A DNA stretch of 38,724 nt from Candidatus Poribacteria bacterium (GTDB lineage Bacteria; Poribacteria; WGA-4E; GCA-2687025): NCBI GenBank assembly GCA_002687025.1, contig NYZG01000128.1:1-38724 (forward strand), read 5' to 3'. Under the pieces are notes generated by a model. That model was given only the letters and a program-made list of their open reading frames with translations, searched no databases and was not told the origin of the DNA. Made by a program: the position numbers and the translations under genes. This document shows, in pieces, positions 34,191 to 38,724 of the stretch. Every line of letters starts with the position of its first letter. The stretch's first letter is position 1.

Positions 34191-34230
34191 TTGACATATA
34201 GTACGATTCGGTCTATTCTCTATGTACTAT
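34191..34230 (+). promoter_or_regulatory. padR promoter (TTGACA-17 nt-TATTCT) with a 7-bp inverted repeat ATAGTAC-N19-GTACTAT; near-leaderless transcript
   Basis: TTGACA at 34191-34196, TATTCT at 34214-34219, and the padR ATG at 34229, only 9 nt after the -10, with no Shine-Dalgarno sequence. ATAGTAC (34198-34204) and GTACTAT (34224-34230) bracket the -10 and overlap the start codon, which would fit an autoregulatory operator. Confidence 0.5.
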
Positions 34231-34792
34231 GCAGAACCAGAAGCCCGAATCGGTCCTGTCGCTGGCGATCCTCGGTCTCGTCTCTCAGCATCCGCGCTCG
34301 GGATACGACCTGCGGAAGACTTTCGCCACCACGCCCATGGGCCACTTCAGCAGCAGCCCCGGGGCAATCTATCCCGCGCTGAAGCGACTCGAAGAGCGAG
34401 GGCTCGTCGAGGGCAAGACCGAGGGCGGGGACACGCTCAAGCCAAAGAGGGTGTTCGGCCTCACCGACGATGGTTTGGAGACGTTACGCGGCGAACTGCG
34501 ACGGCCCATCACACGAGACGACGTGATATGGCACGTAGAGGCGCTCGTGCTCCGGTTCGCGTTCATGGGCGACGTTCTCGGTAGACCTGCCACGTTGGAA
34601 TTCCTGGGCGCGTTCCGCGACCGCATGGCCGAGTACCTCCCGACGCTGGAACAGACCGCTCAGGAGCTGAAGGACGAGGGAAGGACACATGCCGCGGTAG
34701 CCGTGTCACACGGGTTGGAGCAGTACCGCGCGCACATTCGGTGGGCAACGGCCGCCACACAGACACTTTCACAAGACGACGACAGGGAATGA
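34229..34792 (+). CDS. PadR family transcriptional regulator
   Basis: LSLAILGLVSQHPRSGYDLRKTF....GAIYPALKRLEERGLVEG......KRVFGLTDDGLETL is the PadR winged-helix signature. The 187-aa length indicates the long PadR subfamily with a C-terminal dimerisation domain. Confidence 0.9.
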   Translation: MQNQKPESVLSLAILGLVSQHPRSGYDLRKTFATTPMGHFSSSPGAIYPALKRLEERGLVEGKTEGGDTLKPKRVFGLTDDGLETLRGELRRPITRDDVIWHVEALVLRFAFMGDVLGRPATLEFLGAFRDRMAEYLPTLEQTAQELKDEGRTHAAVAVSHGLEQYRAHIRWATAATQTLSQDDDRE

Positions 34793-34806
34793 GAAGGGGC
34801 GAGATC

Positions 34807-35763
34807 ATGCAGGGACGCGCGTGGGCAGGATTCGGCGCCGTGACGGCGATGCTATACGCGACGATCGCACCGTGGGCAGCGGCGGAGTCGACATCACTGG
34901 ATGCGGAGTTCGACCTCGGGGCCGCGCGGGCGGCGACCCCGCACTTCTACGAGATGCGCACCACCTCGATCACCTACGAGCAGGATGGCGCGCGGAAGCC
35001 GCATCAAGAGCTACGCCTACTCCTGCAATGCGTGCCGGGCGATGAGGGAGTCGAATACACGTGTGTGCGCATGACCGTCCGCACGGACGGCGACGCGAGC
35101 GAGATACCCGACCTGGCCGGATGGTCTTACGAGTTCCGTCCCGACCAGACGGGATCGAACGCCACCGGGGACATGTTCGGCATCCATCACGGCAAGTTCC
35201 AGGGATTGGTGGACGCGAGCGGCCAGGCCGTGGACCCGGCGCTGTCGTACGCGGTATACAACGCCTTCGTCGATTTCCACGCCATGTGCAATGTGTTCGC
35301 CGAGCCCGCTGACGATGGCGCGGGCATCCAGGATCTCAAGCGAGTCGGCGACACGATCGTCCACGCCGCCGCGTCGTCGGAGGGGACCGTGCACCTGGAA
35401 GGCGTGACGGAGTCGGGATCGGCATTCCGAAATGGAGAGATCACGCTGACGTTCAAGGGCCTAGGCGTCGTTGATGGAGCGCCGTGCGCCATCGTCGCGT
35501 ATGATTCCGGGGACAGCTCGTTCGTGATGACCATGGAGCCGGTCCCGGGCATGAGCATCAACGCCGTCGGCTCGTCCCACTACTTCGGGGACATCTACGT
35601 CGATCTGGAGTCGATGTGGGTGGCCAAGGCGGCGTTGAGCGAATTCGTCGTCACGGACGTCACGATGGACGGTCAGCCTCTCACGAACACCGTCATCGAG
35701 CGGACCATCAGCATCCAGGCGGTCACCGAACACGCGCTCGAAGAGCTCGCGCGCGCCGACTAG
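34807..35763 (+). CDS. Secreted hypothetical protein (318 aa), co-transcribed with padR
   Basis: MQGRAWAGFGAVTAMLYATIAPWAAAES is a signal peptide, with GAAGGGG 8 nt upstream. An alternative ATG at 34789 overlaps the padR stop (ATGA). Third-codon positions are G/C-rich like neighbouring genes. No family recognised. Confidence 0.6.
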   Translation: MQGRAWAGFGAVTAMLYATIAPWAAAESTSLDAEFDLGAARAATPHFYEMRTTSITYEQDGARKPHQELRLLLQCVPGDEGVEYTCVRMTVRTDGDASEIPDLAGWSYEFRPDQTGSNATGDMFGIHHGKFQGLVDASGQAVDPALSYAVYNAFVDFHAMCNVFAEPADDGAGIQDLKRVGDTIVHAAASSEGTVHLEGVTESGSAFRNGEITLTFKGLGVVDGAPCAIVAYDSGDSSFVMTMEPVPGMSINAVGSSHYFGDIYVDLESMWVAKAALSEFVVTDVTMDGQPLTNTVIERTISIQAVTEHALEELARAD

Positions 35764-35779
35764 GACAGATGGAGCGCGT

Positions 35780-36784
35780 ATGTCGGACTGGCGTGAGCGC
35801 ATCCCCAAGGTAGAGTTGCACGTGCACCTGGAGGGGTCGATACCCCTCCCGACGCTTTGGGAGCTCATCGCCAAATACGGCGGCGATCCCTCGACGCCGG
35901 ACCTCGACGCGCTGCGACGCCGGTTCGTGTATCGGGACTTCGCGCACTTCATCGAGACGTGGACGTGGCAGCTCGCCTTCCTGCGGGAGTACGACGACTT
36001 CACGCGCATCGCGGAGGCGGTCGCGCGGGATTTCGCGCGGCAGAACATCCGCTACGTCGAGGCGTACTACTCGCCGGGGGATTTCCGGCAGCACGGGCTG
36101 GAGACGCTGCCGCTCACCGAGGCAATCCGCGCCGGCCTGGACCGCGTGCCCGAGGTCGACGTGAAGCTCGTCACCGACCTCGTGCGGAACTACGGCCCCG
36201 AGCGCGGGGCATCGACGCTGTCCGAGCTACGCGATGCGCACGAACTGGGCGTTATCGGCATCACCATCGGAGGCCACGAGAAAGAATACCCACCGTCGCC
36301 GTTCGCGGACGTGTATGAAGAGGCGCGGCGGATGGGCTTCCGCACGAGCGCCCATGCCGGCGAGGCCGCCGGGCCGGACAGCGTCTGGGGAGCCGCGCGA
36401 GACCTACGCGTCGACCGGATAGGCCACGGCACGCGCGCCGCCGAGGACGAACGGCTGGTGGACTACCTCTCCGAACGCCGCATCCCCATCGAGACGTGCC
36501 CGATATCGAACGTGAGAACCGCGGTGATCCCGTCGGTCGCGCAGCATCCCATCCGCGAGTTCCTCGACCGTGGCATACCCGTCAGCGTGAACACGGACGA
36601 CCCGGCGATGTTCGGGAACTCCCTCGCCGACGAATACGCCGCGCTGGAGCGGGAGTTGGGCTTCACCCCGGACGAGATACGCGCGCTCATCCTGAGCGGC
36701 ATCGCGACATCCTGGATGTCCGACGACGAGAAGGCCCGGATGACGCGTGAATTCGAAGCCGACCCCGCGTGGCGGGCGGGCTGA
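35780..36784 (+). CDS. add: Adenosine deaminase family amidohydrolase
   Basis: The full motif set is present: VELHVHLEGS, ITIGGHE, SAHAGE, RIGHG, IETCPISN, SVNTDDPAMF. 334 aa. Confidence 0.88.
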   Translation: MSDWRERIPKVELHVHLEGSIPLPTLWELIAKYGGDPSTPDLDALRRRFVYRDFAHFIETWTWQLAFLREYDDFTRIAEAVARDFARQNIRYVEAYYSPGDFRQHGLETLPLTEAIRAGLDRVPEVDVKLVTDLVRNYGPERGASTLSELRDAHELGVIGITIGGHEKEYPPSPFADVYEEARRMGFRTSAHAGEAAGPDSVWGAARDLRVDRIGHGTRAAEDERLVDYLSERRIPIETCPISNVRTAVIPSVAQHPIREFLDRGIPVSVNTDDPAMFGNSLADEYAALERELGFTPDEIRALILSGIATSWMSDDEKARMTREFEADPAWRAG

Positions 36785-37689
36785 TGCCGGCCGTCCCACA
36801 TCCCATCCCCTACCAGGGCAGCAAGCGCCTACTCGCGCCGCTGATCCTCGGGCATTTCCCCACCCGAGTGGGCACGCTGTACGAGCCGTTCGCGGGTTCG
36901 GCGGCGATAACTCTTGCCGCGGCCGGCCTGGGTCTCGCGACGAGATTCCGCATCGGCGACAGCCTCGCGCCGCTGGCCGACATCTGGACGCGAATCCTCG
37001 CGGACCCCAAGCGACTCGCGGACGAATACGAAAGCCTCTGGCGCGCTCAGCAGGCCGACCCACGCGCCTTCTATGACGACGTGCGGCGCGCGTTCAACGA
37101 GGCTGGAGGATCGGCGCGCCTGCTGTATCTGCTGGCGCGATGCGTTAAGAACGCGGTGCGGTTCAGCCACGCGGGGGACTTCAACCAGTCGCCGGACAAT
37201 CGGCGTCTCGGCAGAAGCCCGACGCGGATGCGGACCAATATCCTCGGCGCGCACGAGCTGCTCCGAGGACGTGCGCAGGCATCCGCCGGTGACTACGCCG
37301 AAGCGATCCGACACGCGACACCCGACGACCTCGTGTACATGGACCCGCCGTATCAGGGCACGAGCGGATCCAACGATCAACGCTACCATCAGTCGTTCGA
37401 CCGGCCGCGATTCGTCGCCGACCTGGAGGGGCTCCTCGATCGTGGAGTGCCGTTCCTCGTCAGCCTCGACGGCCGCACGGGCGCGAAGACGTACGGGCCA
37501 GCGCTCCCGGCGCATCTAGACCTCACCCGTGTGGAGCTCCACGCCGGCAGGTCGTCGCAGGCCACGCTCAGCGGACGCGCGTCGGAGACATACGAATCGC
37601 TCTATCTGTCGCCCGCCTTGGCGACGGCGCACACGTCGCTTCCGCGATCGATCCGCGAAGCCTCCCCGGACACGCGTCGGGCCCGCTAG
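36784..37689 (+). CDS. Dam-family (D12 class) N6-adenine DNA methyltransferase
   Basis: Start at MPAVPHPIPYQGSKRLL; its ATG shares one nucleotide with the add TGA (ctGATGcc). Motif I is LYEPFAGSAAITL and motif IV is VYMDPPYQG. The N-terminal Y-x-G-S-K matches the family's W/Y-x-G-G/S-K. No endonuclease-like ORF is adjacent. Confidence 0.85.
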   Translation: MPAVPHPIPYQGSKRLLAPLILGHFPTRVGTLYEPFAGSAAITLAAAGLGLATRFRIGDSLAPLADIWTRILADPKRLADEYESLWRAQQADPRAFYDDVRRAFNEAGGSARLLYLLARCVKNAVRFSHAGDFNQSPDNRRLGRSPTRMRTNILGAHELLRGRAQASAGDYAEAIRHATPDDLVYMDPPYQGTSGSNDQRYHQSFDRPRFVADLEGLLDRGVPFLVSLDGRTGAKTYGPALPAHLDLTRVELHAGRSSQATLSGRASETYESLYLSPALATAHTSLPRSIREASPDTRRAR

Positions 37690-37982
37690 CGCGGGCTGAC
37701 GGTACCCTCGTGGCGTGGACGCCTCGGGCCCACCCTCGGCTGATTCACTGAGCAGACGGTGGCGGCCTGAGTCGCTGGAGGTTAGTTTGTAGGGGAGTAA
37801 CGTGTGGATGCTTGCGGCTGGCGCCGCTGCCTAACGCGCTCCGCGAGGGAAGGGCCCTGGCGAGATGCGTCGTGCCGTCTCCGTCTTTCGAGAGGTATCT
37901 GGCCATGGTGACACCGCCCTCGAACCTGCGCCGCGCCGCGTCGGGCCGACCCGTCTCGGTTCTGCCCACTTGCCCTCCCGTT

Positions 37983-38681
37983 ATGCAGCGGCGCCTCTGC
38001 CCTGTCAGGCCCGCCTCACGCTGGCTGGCCAGCGTAGGAGTAGCCGTAGCGTGTGTGGCCACCTTCCTCTGTGCTATGCCAAGACAAGCCGTGGCGCTGG
38101 TGTTCACAGGTACCATCGGAACCGATACGACGTGGACGCTGGACGATAGCCCTGTGCTGGCGATCGGCGGCATTTCCGTCGGCGGGGGTGTGACGCTGAC
38201 CATCGAACCCGGCGTCGAGATCCGATTCATCAGCGGCAGCCTCACCGTTTCGGGCGAGCTGATCGCCATCGGCACGCCGGAGCAGCCGATCGTCTTCACC
38301 TCCGACGCCGCTACGCCCAGCGCAAGCGCCTGGGGCGGCATCAACTTCGTGGGTGGTGGGACGGTCATCGATACCAACATGGATTACGTCAGCGGGACGA
38401 TCCTTCAGCACTGCGAAGTGCGATTCAGCGGCGGCATCGCTCTGCGCAGCCCAACCTACATTGCGAACTGTGGGATATACGATGTGGCGGGGGTCTCCGG
38501 GGCCTCTGGGACCTCCGTCGCAATATACAGCGACGGCGTGATCGTGCGCGACAGTCTGATCATCGGAGGCAGTACGGCGCAGCACAACAAGGGAATATGG
38601 ACGGAGAGCAGGCGTGTTCATCTCGTGAGATATGGTCAAGAGTTGTGTATGGGCGTCAGGCGGCTTCCTCGGTTGGCGTGA
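37983..38681 (+). CDS. Secreted right-handed parallel beta-helix repeat protein, probably truncated or degraded at its 3' end
   Basis: MQRRLCPVRPASRWLASVGVAVACVATFLCAMP is signal-like. It is followed by GTIGTDTTWTLDDSPVLAIGGISVGGGVTLTIEPGVEIRFISGSLTVSGELIAIGTPEQPIVFTS...WGGINF, typical of beta-helix proteins. The last ~25 codons (RRVHLVRYGQELCMGVRRLPRLA) look non-native and overlap a convergent ORF. The start is uncertain; ATG 37905 is an alternative. Confidence 0.55.
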   Translation: MQRRLCPVRPASRWLASVGVAVACVATFLCAMPRQAVALVFTGTIGTDTTWTLDDSPVLAIGGISVGGGVTLTIEPGVEIRFISGSLTVSGELIAIGTPEQPIVFTSDAATPSASAWGGINFVGGGTVIDTNMDYVSGTILQHCEVRFSGGIALRSPTYIANCGIYDVAGVSGASGTSVAIYSDGVIVRDSLIIGGSTAQHNKGIWTESRRVHLVRYGQELCMGVRRLPRLA

Positions 38682-38724
38682 CTTCCTCGGTGACCTTGGC
38701 TCCGTCCTTGAAGACGACTCCTCC
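38656..38724 (-). CDS. 3' end (22 codons) of an unidentified minus-strand gene entering from the right edge
   Basis: Manual translation gives ...GGVVFKDGAKVTEEVTPTEEAA*, with the stop at 38658-38656. It is in frame to the window edge and has G/C-rich third positions. Too short to assign. Confidence 0.3.
   Translation of the reverse strand, partial: GGVVFKDGAKVTEEVTPTEEAA

Noticed and set aside
1-38724. Scanned by eye for tRNA (GGTTCGAATCC-like T-arms), rRNA, transposase or integrase genes and terminal inverted repeats.
   Set aside because: None recognised. A covariance-model scan (tRNAscan-SE, Infernal) would be needed to exclude small RNAs formally.

Overview
GC-rich (by eye about two-thirds G+C) bacterial chromosomal fragment with about 35 protein-coding genes on both strands. 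I saw no rRNA, tRNA or CRISPR array. All functional calls rest on motif recognition in the supplied or hand-made translations; no database search was run.

Gene order, left to right:
- nrdR-nrdJ (class II ribonucleotide reductase, cut by the window edge)
- a VOC/glyoxalase gene
- a start-less C-terminal remnant of a homocysteine S-methyltransferase
- a PAL/NHL-like beta-propeller gene directly upstream of glutathione-independent formaldehyde dehydrogenase (fdhA)
- pgi
- two tandem secreted LamG-type paralogues
- an ECF sigma / anti-sigma / DUF4097-like triad
- a 789-aa secreted vWA-like protein
- an S41 peptidase, a sugar-phosphate isomerase/epimerase and rsgA
- a TolB-like PD40 propeller, a DUF1080-type lectin-fold protein and GrpB
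- a frameshifted phosphotransferase (APH-like) pseudogene
- uppP, a nitrilase-superfamily hydrolase, and DUF4432 plus a Gfo/Idh/MocA oxidoreductase
- a minus-strand cluster: hyuA, hyuB, ceramidase-like, DUF2007
- a vapBC-type toxin-antitoxin pair
- a 1.4 kb non-functional stretch with a 585-bp-period duplication and gene fragments
- padR plus an unknown secreted protein
- an adenosine deaminase whose stop overlaps the start of a Dam-family N6-adenine DNA methyltransferase
- a truncated-looking beta-helix protein

Most of the window is ordinary core metabolism. The observations I rate highest:
1. A short conserved C-terminal tail (V-[DE]-x-G...[ST]-W-G-x-[ILV]-K) shared by four otherwise unrelated signal-peptide proteins.
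2. The overlapping add/dam gene pair.
3. The LamG paralogue pair, which differ in the number of acidic 25-aa repeats.
4. The vapBC-flanked duplicated region, which carries a symmetric array of a 10-bp motif and 9-bp tandem repeats.
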